A DNA stretch of 64,000 nucleotides. Source: an uncultured delta proteobacterium (GTDB lineage Bacteria > Desulfobacterota > Desulfobacteria > Desulfobacterales > Desulfosalsimonadaceae). This document shows positions 1 to 10,102 of this stretch, one piece after another (position 1 is the first letter of the stretch; the number at the start of each line of letters is the position of its first letter). Position numbers and translations under genes: made by a program. Below the pieces are notes generated by a model. The model did not search any database. It was not told the DNA's origin and worked only from the letters and a program-made list of their open reading frames with translations. The DNA is taken from contig CAWGYD010000003.1 in assembly GCA_963826785.1 (NCBI GenBank), forward strand, positions 224,001 through 288,000. The letters are read 5' to 3'.

Positions 1-1762
1 GAATGCTCATGTTAAGTATTTTTTATGGGTGAAGGTCTTGCACTGCCATATATGCCATCAATCCGTTGACCTGTTTCCGGGATATCTGATTTCGTCTGAT
101 GTTCGACATCCGAAAAATGTTTTCATTTGTCATGCCTGTGGCGAAATTACCGAAACCGAAGATAAAAAAAATCCCGGTTCATGCAATCATTGTGGTGAGC
201 TTCTCAAACTCGAAGGTCCGGCAAGAAGAAGTCGCTGCGAATGCCCGGGATGCGGAACCATTAACTTATTTCCCCAAAAAAATCCACTTCCTCCCAAACA
301 CCGGCTTTTCGCCATCGAGTATTACTGTCCTGCATGCAAAAATGGACATAAAGGAAGGTTTTTTAAAATACCCGATGCACGGGATCTGAAAAATATAATC
401 GAGGCGGAGAACAGATGGGAGAAAACCCTTTCGCAGTTTGTGCCGGAAGATGAAATCCCCGCGGGTGATGAAACCAATCGCCTTCACCGCTGGGGATATA
501 CCCGGTATCATCAAATGTTTAATTCAAGGCAGCTGCTGGGGCTGGAATTATCTGCACATATGATTTCAAAAATAACTGATGTGCGTGTCCGGAATGCACT
601 TATAACCAATCTTTCCGATCTGCTGCGATACCAGAATATGCTCTGCCGGTATGACACGATGGCTTTAAAATCACTTGATATTTTTTCGGTGCATGGATTT
701 CCGGTCGGGTTGATTCAATGCGAGTCCAACCTTCCCGGTATTATCGAAGCCCCAAAAAATGGGTGTGTCGGAAGCGGCGGATGGGCAAACATAGTTGAAA
801 AATTTAAAAAGGCCAAGGCGTATTGCGATCATCCTTTTGAAGTCAGATATCGTGGGGCTAAAAAGGAAATCGTGCCGATCAAGGGAGAATGGATTGGCGA
901 CACGCTCAACGGTAAAACCCGGAGTGTGGAGATTAACTGCAAAGATGCCGCCAAAATCGAGTTTCCCGCATCCAGTTTGGATGCGGTGTTTACTGATCCA
1001 CCCTATTTTGGGAATGTTCAATATGCCGAATTGATGGATTTTTGTTATGTTTGGGTTCGACGAATAATGAACGGGGAAACCGAGGAATTTAAGAGTCCGT
1101 CCACCCGCCATGCGCAAGAGTTGACTGGCAACGAAGCAATGGGCAGAGGCCTCGATCATTTTGCCGGCGGACTGTCATCAATCTTTCAAAAAATGGCAAC
1201 TGCATTAAAGCCGGGGGCACCACTGGCATTCACCTATCATCATAATGACATCGTCGCCTATTATCCGGTTGCAGTAGCCATTCTTGATGCGGGACTGGCC
1301 TGCACAGCATCCATACCATGCCCGGCTGAAATGAGTGCTTCCATCCACATAAATGGCACCGGATCATCTATTATCGATACTGTTTTTGTGTGCCGGTCAA
1401 CAGGTACCATGCCGAGGAGATGGATTGTTGATTCAATCGAAGGAGTGGTGCAATTGATTAAGAATGATATTGCGCTGCTCGAATACGGCAAGGTGAAATC
1501 GACACCGGGCGATATCCGATGTATTGCTTACGGCCATTTGATTCGCCTGGCCATATGGAATCTGCGGTTGCAATGGGACAAGACTGCAGACATCAAAAAA
1601 CGATTGTCCATGGTTTCATCATGGCTGCTCAATTTCGGCACTTGGAGCGAAATTGAAAAAATTCTTCATGATTTGCCATTTAAGCCCATAGACCGGCCCC
1701 TTTTGACCGTGTGTGAAACCCATAAAACATATGGAAATGTTGATGCCGAAGTATCCTTTTGA
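1..1762 (+). CDS. Amino (N6/N4) DNA methyltransferase with multiple Zn-ribbon CxxC pairs (DUF1156/COG1743-like), 5'-truncated by the window edge
   Basis: Frame is open from base 2 (NAHVKYFLWVK...). Motifs CHIC, CHAC, CNHC, CECPGC and CPAC; catalytic motif FTDPPY; 'LKPGAPLAFTYHH'. AT-richer than the flanking genes. Confidence 0.85.
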   Translation, partial: NAHVKYFLWVKVLHCHICHQSVDLFPGYLISSDVRHPKNVFICHACGEITETEDKKNPGSCNHCGELLKLEGPARRSRCECPGCGTINLFPQKNPLPPKHRLFAIEYYCPACKNGHKGRFFKIPDARDLKNIIEAENRWEKTLSQFVPEDEIPAGDETNRLHRWGYTRYHQMFNSRQLLGLELSAHMISKITDVRVRNALITNLSDLLRYQNMLCRYDTMALKSLDIFSVHGFPVGLIQCESNLPGIIEAPKNGCVGSGGWANIVEKFKKAKAYCDHPFEVRYRGAKKEIVPIKGEWIGDTLNGKTRSVEINCKDAAKIEFPASSLDAVFTDPPYFGNVQYAELMDFCYVWVRRIMNGETEEFKSPSTRHAQELTGNEAMGRGLDHFAGGLSSIFQKMATALKPGAPLAFTYHHNDIVAYYPVAVAILDAGLACTASIPCPAEMSASIHINGTGSSIIDTVFVCRSTGTMPRRWIVDSIEGVVQLIKNDIALLEYGKVKSTPGDIRCIAYGHLIRLAIWNLRLQWDKTADIKKRLSMVSSWLLNFGTWSEIEKILHDLPFKPIDRPLLTVCETHKTYGNVDAEVSF

Positions 1763-2774
1763 AGTCTCATTTGATGAAATTTACACTAATGCGGAACCAT
1801 ACGTGGATGCCGTCTTCTCATGTCTTGAATCAGAATTTCTAATCATGCCCAAGGGAGAAGGTTTTATCGAATACGCGGTATTTGAACGGGGCTATGAAGC
1901 TTTGAAAGCGGCGACTAAAGGTTTTTCTCAGATCGACACACAAGGGGTATGTTCGGTTGTATTGGCGGAGCCCATTTCTTTGATTGTATTGCGAGCCATG
2001 CTCGGGTTTACGCCCCCGGAATGGGGTTATATCACCACTCAGTTGACAGGGGTTAAGGTTAGCCAAGGGTTTGCTCGTTCTATCGATCGGAAAATACGGA
2101 GATCACCTGAATCTCCGATATATGCCAATGGTTTATTTACTGAGAGGCTGAAGGCATTGATCACCTCAGCCTGTCAATTGATTTCAGAAGGCATGCCACA
2201 AGTGCAAGAGAAATTCTTGCATCGCTTGAACAAAGCCGATACCCGGCAAGGAACAGACAGTCTCAAAAACATTTCTCAAATGGGTGCTCCCTATGCCATG
2301 CTTCTATATGAACGTTTTCTGGGCCGACCATTTGCTGGTCACAGGGACTCCGTAAGTGAACTTGTAGGTGAAAGCCTTGAATCCGCAATCGAAGATGTTT
2401 TAACAAATGCGGGAATCAGCTATCGAAAAACCAAAAGGGCTGAACGAATAGAAGGATTCGACCAAGTTCCGGATTTTATTGTCCCGAGTGAATTCAATCC
2501 CCAAGTGATCATAGAGGCGAAAATTACGGAAGATGACGGCACCGCCCGAGATAAAGTAACCCGCATTCAGCATCTCGGTCATTTGAGCCTTGTTGGGCGA
2601 TCTGATGACAATCCAAGGTTTGAGGTGATTGCCTGTATCGACGGTCGTGGTTTCGGTGTTCGGCGTGAAGACATGAAAAAAATGCTTCTGGCTACAAGGG
2701 GGAAGGTTTTTACGCTGAAAACCCTGAGCCAAATGATTGATTTTACTAGTTTGAAAAATTTTAGATCTAAGTAG
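1743..2774 (+). CDS. Putative type II restriction endonuclease (PD-(D/E)xK)
   Basis: PD...EAK motif in 'VPDFIVPSEFNPQVIIEAK'. Start overlaps the 3' end of the methylase; same low-GC composition. Confidence 0.7.
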   Translation: MPKYPFEVSFDEIYTNAEPYVDAVFSCLESEFLIMPKGEGFIEYAVFERGYEALKAATKGFSQIDTQGVCSVVLAEPISLIVLRAMLGFTPPEWGYITTQLTGVKVSQGFARSIDRKIRRSPESPIYANGLFTERLKALITSACQLISEGMPQVQEKFLHRLNKADTRQGTDSLKNISQMGAPYAMLLYERFLGRPFAGHRDSVSELVGESLESAIEDVLTNAGISYRKTKRAERIEGFDQVPDFIVPSEFNPQVIIEAKITEDDGTARDKVTRIQHLGHLSLVGRSDDNPRFEVIACIDGRGFGVRREDMKKMLLATRGKVFTLKTLSQMIDFTSLKNFRSK

Positions 2775-2895
2775 TCTTAGATTTACACCGCGCATTGCCC
2801 CGATCATGAAACAGCTTATTATGTAATGTAGATGTTATCCGTGCACTCCTTGTGCAGGAGAATGCCAGTGAATCTTTCATCAGGGGATTTTGCTC

Positions 2896-5166
2896 ATGCG
2901 CGAAGAAGATGTTCTGTTCTATCACAGTGCGCCTCGACCGGGAAAGATCGAGGTGGTGCCTACCAAATCCTGCGTCTCCCAGTCCGACCTGTGCCTGGCC
3001 TATACCCCCGGAGTGGGTTTTCCCTCCCTGGCCGTCCAGAGGGACCCGAATCTCGCCTATGAATACACCGCCAAAAGCAACCTGGTGGGGGTGGTCACCA
3101 ACGGCACGGCCGTGCTGGGGCTGGGCAATATCGGGGCCCTGGCCGCCAAGCCGGTCATGGAAGGCAAGGCGGTGCTGTTCAAGCGGTTTGCGGACCTGGA
3201 CGTATTCGACATCGAGGTGAACACCACCGACCCGGACGAGTTTATCCGCACGGTGAAATCTCTGGAACCGACCTTCGGCGGCATTAACCTGGAAGATATC
3301 AAGGCGCCGGACTGTTTCTACATCGAAGAGAAGCTCAAAAAGGAAATGGGGATTCCCGTGTTCCACGATGACCAGCACGGCACCGCCATTATCTCAGGCG
3401 CGGCCCTGATCAATGCCTGCGCCCTGACCGCAAGGACGCTGGAGCATCTTAAAATCGTGATCAACGGGGCGGGGGCGGCGGCCATTGCCACGGCCAAAAT
3501 GTATATCCACCTCGGCGTAAAGAAATACAACCTGATCATGTGCGATTCCAAGGGGGTGATCTACAGGGGAAGGCAAGCCGGCATGAATCCCTACAAGGCG
3601 GAATTTGCCGCAGATACGGATCGGCGAACCCTGGAGGACGCCGTTGCGGGCGCCGACGCCCTGGTGGGGCTTTCGGTCAAGGGCGCCTTTACCCCGGATC
3701 TGTTAAAGCGAATGGCCGAAAAACCGATCATCTTCGCCCTGGCCAACCCGGACGCGGAAATCGGGTACTGGGAAGCCAGGGAAGCCCGGCCGGATGCCGT
3801 CATCGCCACCGGCCGCTCGGATTATCCCAACCAGGTCAACAACGTGCTGGGATTTCCCTTTATTTTCCGGGGTGCGCTGGATGTACGGGCATCGGCCATC
3901 AACATGGAAATGATGGTGGCGGCGGTGCGTGCCCTGGCCGAACTGCCCCGTGAAGACGTTCCGGACGCAGTGATTCGTGCATACGGCAGCGAGCCCATCC
4001 GGTTCGGCCCGGAATACATCATCCCCAAACCCCTCGATCCCCGGGTGCTGCTCAAAGTGGCCCCGGCCGTGGCCCTGGCCGCGGTGGAAAGCGGCGTGTC
4101 CCGGATCCGGCTGCCCAAGCGCACGGCCTACATCCAGTCTTTGGAAGCCCGTCTGGGTCCGGAGCGGGAAATCATGCGCAAAATCATCGTCCGGGCCCAG
4201 CAGGATTTCAAAACCATTGTGCTTCCCGAAGGGGACCATCCGGTAATTCTCCGGGCGGCCAGCCATGTGGTGCGCGAGCGCATCGCCCGCCCCCTGCTTC
4301 TGGGAAAGCCGGTACAGATCGAAGCGGCGGCCCGCCAGTTGAATGTTTCCCTCGATGATATCGAAATCATGGATCCACTGGAAAGCCCGGTGTTCGACCG
4401 GTTCGCCCAAAGCCTGCACGAGGCCCGGGCCCGCCGGGGGTGGGGAATGGCCGAAACCCGGCGGCAACTGCAGAACCGCTATGTTTTCGGGGCCATGATG
4501 GTCAAGGAGGGGCTGGTGGACGGCCAGGTCCACGGCATCAGCCGGCCCTACCCGGATGCCATCCGCCCCGTCCTGCAGGTCATTGCCCGGCGGGAGGGGT
4601 TCTCAAGAGTGGGGGGCGTCTACCTGATGATATTCAGGGACCGGATCCTGCTGTTTGCCGATGCCACGATCAACATCCGGCCCGATTCGAATGACCTGGC
4701 CGAAATGGCCATCCTGTCTTCGGAAATGGCCCGCTTTTTTGATATCGAACCCCGGGTGGCCATGATCTCGTTTTCCAACTTCGGCAACACCCGGCACCCG
4801 GATGCCAAGCGGGTGGAAGAAGCGGTAACGATTGCCCGAAAACGGGCGCCGCACCTGGTCATTGACGGCGAAATGCAGGCCGACACCGCAGTGGTCGGCG
4901 ATATTCTGATGAAGGACTACCCGTTCAACCGCCTGGGCGGTCCGGCCAACGTGCTGATCTTTCCGGATCTCGACGCGGGCAACGCATCATACAAGCTTCT
5001 GGTCCACCTGGGCGGCGCCAAGGCCGTCGGGCCTCTGCTCATGGGAATCAGCCGGCCCTTCAATGTGGTGCCACGGGGAACGGATATGGAAAACGTGGTC
5101 AATGTGATCGCCATCACCGTGGCCCAGGCCCAGGAGCAAGACCGGAAGAGACTAAAAAAGACATGA
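2896..5166 (+). CDS. maeB: NADP-dependent malic enzyme with C-terminal phosphotransacetylase-like domain
   Basis: Motifs [27 protein letters not shown] and [12 protein letters not shown], followed by a PTA domain (LPEG, DGEMQAD, FPDL). Confidence 0.95.
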   Translation: MREEDVLFYHSAPRPGKIEVVPTKSCVSQSDLCLAYTPGVGFPSLAVQRDPNLAYEYTAKSNLVGVVTNGTAVLGLGNIGALAAKPVMEGKAVLFKRFADLDVFDIEVNTTDPDEFIRTVKSLEPTFGGINLEDIKAPDCFYIEEKLKKEMGIPVFHDDQHGTAIISGAALINACALTARTLEHLKIVINGAGAAAIATAKMYIHLGVKKYNLIMCDSKGVIYRGRQAGMNPYKAEFAADTDRRTLEDAVAGADALVGLSVKGAFTPDLLKRMAEKPIIFALANPDAEIGYWEAREARPDAVIATGRSDYPNQVNNVLGFPFIFRGALDVRASAINMEMMVAAVRALAELPREDVPDAVIRAYGSEPIRFGPEYIIPKPLDPRVLLKVAPAVALAAVESGVSRIRLPKRTAYIQSLEARLGPEREIMRKIIVRAQQDFKTIVLPEGDHPVILRAASHVVRERIARPLLLGKPVQIEAAARQLNVSLDDIEIMDPLESPVFDRFAQSLHEARARRGWGMAETRRQLQNRYVFGAMMVKEGLVDGQVHGISRPYPDAIRPVLQVIARREGFSRVGGVYLMIFRDRILLFADATINIRPDSNDLAEMAILSSEMARFFDIEPRVAMISFSNFGNTRHPDAKRVEEAVTIARKRAPHLVIDGEMQADTAVVGDILMKDYPFNRLGGPANVLIFPDLDAGNASYKLLVHLGGAKAVGPLLMGISRPFNVVPRGTDMENVVNVIAITVAQAQEQDRKRLKKT

Positions 5167-5249
5167 ATCAGATTAAAATCCACGCATGAATCTGTCAAAC
5201 AAAGCAAAAGAGGGGGAAAAACATGGCGGGGGGGAAAAAACAAAAAAAA

Positions 5250-5358
5250 TGAGGCAACCCTGCTGCCGTATTGTTTTTCTTAAAGTTTCCTCTTTAAAAA
5301 ACAACTTAGGCCAGTGGCTTTGCGTCCCACCCTTTCGGCATGGTTTGCTTTTCTCTGA
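5250..5358 (-). ncRNA. GEMM-I cyclic-dinucleotide riboswitch, A20 variant (3',3'-cGAMP-type candidate)
   Basis: Minus strand reads AAAAGCAAACCATGCC-GAAA-GGGTGGGACGCAAAGCCACTGGCCTAAG...TACGGCAGCAGGGTTGCC. This matches the c-di-GMP-I consensus, including the GAAA tetraloop and a CCTAAG/TACGG 11-nt-like receptor. The position-20 equivalent (5349) is A. Confidence 0.9.
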
Positions 5359-5362
5359 TTAT

Positions 5363-5391
5363 AAAATATGTACGGCCTGCAGAGGTGTCAA
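5363..5391 (-). promoter_or_regulatory. Sigma70-type promoter driving the riboswitch
   Basis: TTGACA-N17-TATTTT on the minus strand immediately 5' of the aptamer. Confidence 0.65.
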
Positions 5392-5512
5392 ATCAATTAG
5401 CTGAAATTTATGAGGTTTATTATCATTAGATGATTTTGGAATTTCATCTTTACAACATAATCTCAAAGGCCTGCGAAAAAGCATCCCCCCAAAAAAAAAT
5501 TATGTCGTTCGG

Positions 5513-6064
5513 CTATTTTTTTGAAATGAAGGGATTGTTCTCGATATAAAAACGCAGAGGCTTTATGGCCCAGTCACCGGCATAATCGACACCGATGCGT
5601 GGTTTTTCAATGATGTTAAAAGATCGCGTATCGGGGATTTGGGCAATATAAAAATCGTCGCTGATCAGGTCGTGCCCGTTGAGGGACCGGTCGATGTGCA
5701 TGGCGGCGCACAGCAGGCCCGGACCGCGGGTGTTGCCATCGATGCGGGAAACGGGCTCCAGTGCCCGGATCAAAACGGCGGATGCATGCCCACCCGGTCC
5801 GGTCACCACATTGAAGCAGTGATGAAGGCCGTAGACCAGATACACGTAGGCATGCCCCGGGGGGCCGAACATGACCTCGGTGCGTTTCGTCCTTCCCCGG
5901 GCGGAATGGGCCGCCAGATCGTCAGGTCCCAGGTAGGCTTCCGTCTCCACGATGCTTCCGATCCGTGGGGTCTTACGCCATACCCGGACCAGATATTTCC
6001 CCAGAAGGTTTCGGGCCGCATCATTTGCATCCCGATCATAAAACGCACGGGTGAGTTTTTCCAT
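5513..6064 (-). CDS. mpg: DNA-3-methyladenine glycosylase (MPG/AAG family)
   Basis: Motifs IVETEAYLG, YVYLVYGLH, AVLIRALEP, GPG and PRIGV. Confidence 0.93.
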   Translation of the reverse strand: MEKLTRAFYDRDANDAARNLLGKYLVRVWRKTPRIGSIVETEAYLGPDDLAAHSARGRTKRTEVMFGPPGHAYVYLVYGLHHCFNVVTGPGGHASAVLIRALEPVSRIDGNTRGPGLLCAAMHIDRSLNGHDLISDDFYIAQIPDTRSFNIIEKPRIGVDYAGDWAIKPLRFYIENNPFISKK

Positions 6065-6089
6065 CTCACATCTCAGCCCAGCGGCTTGA

Positions 6090-6575
6090 TCACCACCGGC
6101 TCATGACCTCGATGCCCCGCTTCTTGGCGATTTCATCCTGAAGCTGTTGAAACTGGGTCCCCACCACCTCGATCAAATAGGACATGACGCGAAAACCCAG
6201 ATCCGCATCCTTGTCGAAAAGCCCCAGGAGGTCCTCCCGGCCCAGCCGGATCACCTTGCAGGAACGTGAGATGCAGTAGCCCGAGAGCTGGTAATGATAA
6301 GGCGGTACAAAGCAGGTCCATCCGAAGGCATGGGCCGTGGACATGAACGAGACTTCCGGCTCTGCGGCAGAAGACTGATTTTCCGCCGGTTCGGTCCTCA
6401 ATTCCACATCGCCCTCCACCACGATCCAGACACTGACCGCATCTTCGCCCTGGGCGAATATCCGCTCTGTGCGCCTGAACTCGACGATTTCAGCGCAATC
6501 CTGAATCATCCGGAGCTGATCATCGCTCAGCTGCTTAAAAACATCCACTTTATCCAGAAAGTCAATGCTAATCAA
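6090..6575 (-). CDS. Stand-alone cyclic-nucleotide-binding (CAP_ED) domain protein
   Basis: 'IFAQGEDA...IVVEGDVEL...FGW' cNMP fold; no HTH domain. Confidence 0.8.
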   Translation of the reverse strand: MISIDFLDKVDVFKQLSDDQLRMIQDCAEIVEFRRTERIFAQGEDAVSVWIVVEGDVELRTEPAENQSSAAEPEVSFMSTAHAFGWTCFVPPYHYQLSGYCISRSCKVIRLGREDLLGLFDKDADLGFRVMSYLIEVVGTQFQQLQDEIAKKRGIEVMSRW

Positions 6576-6594
6576 TCGCTTCCCCTTTCGAATC

Positions 6595-7074
6595 TTACGA
6601 ATCCGTTTGCTTTACCGGTGTCTTTAAAACCGCGGTCTCCTGCAGCTTCTGAAATCGCGCCCCGACGATCCGCAGCATCGCCGAAAGCACACGATAACCG
6701 ATGCCGGGATTTTCCTTGAGATAGGCCATCAACTGCTCCCGTTCAATCAGGAGCACCCGGACTTCAGGTGAGGCGCAATACGCGCTCAGTTTGTACTGGT
6801 GGGGCGGAATCAGGCTTGACCATCCCATGATCCTGTTTTCATGGACGGAAGAGAGAGTGCTTTCCCCGGAGGTTTCCCGGCCCGGCAGGTCAAACCGGAG
6901 ATCGACCCGCCCCTGCCTGACCACCCACAGATGATTTGCGGTTTCCCCTTCTTTGAAAAGCTGCTGCCCCTGCTGAAAACTCTTTTCGGTAGCCGCTTTT
7001 TCGATGACGGTCAGCTGCGCGTCCGTCAAATCCTGAAAGGCTTCGACTTTCTTTAAGAATTCGAGATAGGCCAA
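6595..7074 (-). CDS. Stand-alone cyclic-nucleotide-binding domain protein (paralog of 6090-6575)
   Basis: 'LFKEGETA...VVRQGRV...MGWSSLIPPH' cNMP fold; GGAGG RBS. Confidence 0.8.
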   Translation of the reverse strand: MAYLEFLKKVEAFQDLTDAQLTVIEKAATEKSFQQGQQLFKEGETANHLWVVRQGRVDLRFDLPGRETSGESTLSSVHENRIMGWSSLIPPHQYKLSAYCASPEVRVLLIEREQLMAYLKENPGIGYRVLSAMLRIVGARFQKLQETAVLKTPVKQTDS

Positions 7075-7185
7075 TGACGCCTCCTTTTATTAGAGTTGCA
7101 CACCCGCATCATTTATCTGTCTTTTTCGGAAATGACGAACTCTCCGATTTCCGGCAAAGCCGATAATTTTGGAATACCAAATTTT

Positions 7186-7554
7186 TCAGGCGCTTTCCAG
7201 CGTAAAATCCGCCTGGACCTCTCCCCCCAGCACATGGCGTTGAAACACGGCGCGCATTTTTTCCGCATTCATGTGCCTGTAGACGGTGGGCGGTTCGCCT
7301 TCGATCTCAACGGTCACCATGGGTTCGTTTTCGCATGCGCCCGGACATTTCGAGGCCAGCGCCCGGATATCCGCCCGGTCGACCCCGGCGATCTCCTCCA
7401 TCAGCGCCTTCATCACCTCCCGCGCACCCGCCTCGATGCCGCATGCGCCCATGTGAACGGTGATGTTGATTTTGGCGATGCCGTACCGCAGGGAGATGTC
7501 CCTGGCGGTCTTTTCCCTGATCCGTTTGAGATCATCGATGGTCTTTTTTGGCAT
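7186..7554 (-). CDS. Thioredoxin-like [2Fe-2S] ferredoxin (HndB/HydD-like)
   Basis: 'VHMGACGIEAGA...CPGACENEPMV...HVLGG'. Confidence 0.85.
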   Translation of the reverse strand: MPKKTIDDLKRIREKTARDISLRYGIAKINITVHMGACGIEAGAREVMKALMEEIAGVDRADIRALASKCPGACENEPMVTVEIEGEPPTVYRHMNAEKMRAVFQRHVLGGEVQADFTLESA

Positions 7555-7770
7555 ATATTTCCCTTTTTGTTTTGATGTTCACCCGTTCATGGAAAATAGA
7601 ATCAATCCGGATAGGTGTCAATGAAATTTGCCTGCATGCGCATATCGTGGCATCGCGGCCAAAAACAACCGCCGCACGGCCTCTGATCATTGACATTTCC
7701 CATTGATTATGGAAAAGTCTGTATTCATTTGTTTTGATGCCAAATGCCAAAAACCGCCATTGGAGTGAAC

Positions 7771-8265
7771 ATGCCGCCACGCCATACCTTTTCCCACCCG
7801 GACGTCACCCCGGAAATGATAAAACAGGTTGACCAGATCCTTGCCGATCACCGGGATGCCCCGGGGACGGTGATTCCCGTTCTCCGGATGTGCCAGGAGG
7901 TCGTCGGGTACCTCCCCGTTGAACTGATCGATTACATCAGCGCCGGATTGAACCTTCCGCCCAGCACGGTCCTGGGCATCGCCACCTTTTATTCCCTGTT
8001 TTCCCTGGCGCCCAAGGGTCGGCACACCATCAAGGCCTGCCTGGGAACCGCCTGCTATGTAAAGGGGATCAAAGAGGTGATGAGCCGCATCAAAAGCGAG
8101 TTCAACATCAAAGAGGGGGAAACTACCGTTGACCGACGTTTTTCACTGGAGGCGGTGCGGTGCCTCGGCGCCTGCGGACTGGCGCCCGTCCTGGTCGTGG
8201 ATCAGGACACCCACGGCATCGTATCGCCGGAACAGGTCAAAGGCATCTTAAACTCCTATGAGTGA
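7771..8265 (+). CDS. nuoE: NuoE/HydC-like [2Fe-2S] subunit
   Basis: CLGTAC...CLGAC motif and ATFY; GGAG RBS before ATG 7771. Confidence 0.9.
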   Translation: MPPRHTFSHPDVTPEMIKQVDQILADHRDAPGTVIPVLRMCQEVVGYLPVELIDYISAGLNLPPSTVLGIATFYSLFSLAPKGRHTIKACLGTACYVKGIKEVMSRIKSEFNIKEGETTVDRRFSLEAVRCLGACGLAPVLVVDQDTHGIVSPEQVKGILNSYE

Positions 8266-8314
8266 CGCATCCCTGCTGTTTCCTTAGAACCGAACCTTAC
8301 ATCCGGAGCACACT

Positions 8315-10102
8315 ATGGTTAAAAATAGAATACAACTGATGCTGTGCGGCGGCACGGGGTGCAGGGCCAGCCACAGCAAGGCCTTTCAGGAAGCCCTGCA
8401 GAACGAGCTGGTCCGCCGGGACCTGGACAGGGAAATCGGCATCATCGAGACGGGATGCAACGGCTTCTGCGCGGTGGGCCCGGTCATGCTGGTGCAGCCG
8501 GAAGGAATCTTCTACCAGAAACTCTCCGTCAAAGACGTCCCGGAGCTGGTGGAGGAGCATTTTTTGAAAGGCTGTCCGGTCAAGCGCCTCCAGTACATCG
8601 ATCCCGCCAACCGGCAGACCATCCCCAAAATGAAGGACATCCCCTTCTTCGCCCACCAGATGTTCTGGGTCATGCGCAACAAGGGGCTGATCGATCCGGA
8701 AAGCATCGACGAATACATCGCACGGGACGGCTACTTTGCCGCGGTCAAGGCCTTGACGGAAATGACCCCGCAGCAGGTCATCGAGGAGATGAAATCCTCG
8801 GGGCTGCGCGGCCGGGGCGGGGCCGGATTTCCCACCGGAATCAAATGGGAGTTCGCCTCCAGATCCGATGAAAAGATCAAGTACGTCCTGTGCAATGCGG
8901 ATGAGGGGGATCCCGGCGCCTTCATGGACCGCAGCATCCTGGAGGCCGACCCCCATGTCATCCTGGAAGGGATGATCATCGCCGCAAGGGCCATCAACTC
9001 CCCCCAGGGATACATCTACTGCCGCACCGAATATCCCCTGGCCATCCACCGGCTGACCCTGGCCATTTCCCAGGCCCGGGATTACGGGCTGCTGGGAAAA
9101 GACATCCTGGGATCGGGGTTTGACTTCGACGTGGACATCTACCAGGGAGCCGGCGCGTTCGTGTGCGGGGAAGAAACCGCGCTCATGCGCTCCATCGAGG
9201 GAAAGCGGGGCATGCCCCGCCCCCGCCCCCCCTTTCCCGCAAAGCACGGGCTGTGGAACAAGCCCACGGTGTTGAACAACGTGGAGACCCTGGCCAACGT
9301 GCCCCGGATCATCTTAAACGGCAGCGACTGGTTCTCCCGCGTGGGGACCGTGACCAGCAAGGGGACCAAGGTATTCGCCCTGTCCGGCGATATCAACAAC
9401 ATCGGACTGGTGGAAGTGCCCATGGGGATTACGCTGCGCAAAATGATCTATGATATCGGCGGCGGCATCCCCAACCGGAAGAAATTCAAGGCCGTTCAGC
9501 TGGGGGGGCCTTCGGGCGGCTGCGTGCCGGAACAGTATCTCGACACCCCCGTCGACTACGAGGCCATCGCCAGGGTGGGGGCCATCATGGGATCGGGCGG
9601 GGTCATCGTCATGGATGAAAACACCTGCATGGTGGACATGGCCCGGTTCTTTCTCGATTTCATCCAGGAAGAATCCTGCGGAAAGTGCACCCCCTGCCGG
9701 GAAGGGACCCGGCGGCTGCTGGAGATCGTGGACAAGATCACCCAGGGACACGGCACCCCGGCCGACCTGGACACCCTGGAAGAGCTGTCCCGCATCATCA
9801 AGACCTCCTCCCTGTGCGGACTGGGGCAGACCGCGCCCAATCCGGTGCTGTCCACCCTGCGATATTTCCGGGATGAATACCACGCCCACGTGTATGAAAA
9901 ACGGTGCCCGGCCAAGCGGTGCGTGGCCCTGCTCAAATTTGAAATCGATGCCGACAAGTGCCAGAAATGCGGACTGTGCTTCAAGACCTGCCCCGCCGAC
10001 GCCATCACCTGGCAAAAAAAGGAAGTGGCGAAAATCGACCGGGAAAAATGCATCCAGTGCCTGTCCTGTTTTGAAAAATGCAAGTTTGACGCCATCTCAT
10101 GA
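8315..10102 (+). CDS. nuoF: NuoF/HydB-type FMN/NADH subunit with N-terminal Trx-like Fd and C-terminal 2x[4Fe-4S]
   Basis: Motifs GRGGAGFPTG, NADEGDPG, CGEETAL and CGKCTPC, plus two CxxCxxCxxxC motifs. Confidence 0.93.
   Translation: MVKNRIQLMLCGGTGCRASHSKAFQEALQNELVRRDLDREIGIIETGCNGFCAVGPVMLVQPEGIFYQKLSVKDVPELVEEHFLKGCPVKRLQYIDPANRQTIPKMKDIPFFAHQMFWVMRNKGLIDPESIDEYIARDGYFAAVKALTEMTPQQVIEEMKSSGLRGRGGAGFPTGIKWEFASRSDEKIKYVLCNADEGDPGAFMDRSILEADPHVILEGMIIAARAINSPQGYIYCRTEYPLAIHRLTLAISQARDYGLLGKDILGSGFDFDVDIYQGAGAFVCGEETALMRSIEGKRGMPRPRPPFPAKHGLWNKPTVLNNVETLANVPRIILNGSDWFSRVGTVTSKGTKVFALSGDINNIGLVEVPMGITLRKMIYDIGGGIPNRKKFKAVQLGGPSGGCVPEQYLDTPVDYEAIARVGAIMGSGGVIVMDENTCMVDMARFFLDFIQEESCGKCTPCREGTRRLLEIVDKITQGHGTPADLDTLEELSRIIKTSSLCGLGQTAPNPVLSTLRYFRDEYHAHVYEKRCPAKRCVALLKFEIDADKCQKCGLCFKTCPADAITWQKKEVAKIDREKCIQCLSCFEKCKFDAIS

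Noticed and set aside
4917..5243. Minus-strand 108-aa ORF as the target of the riboswitch
   Set aside because: It has a TTG start inside the U tract, no RBS, a low-complexity N-terminus, and is mostly antisense to maeB.
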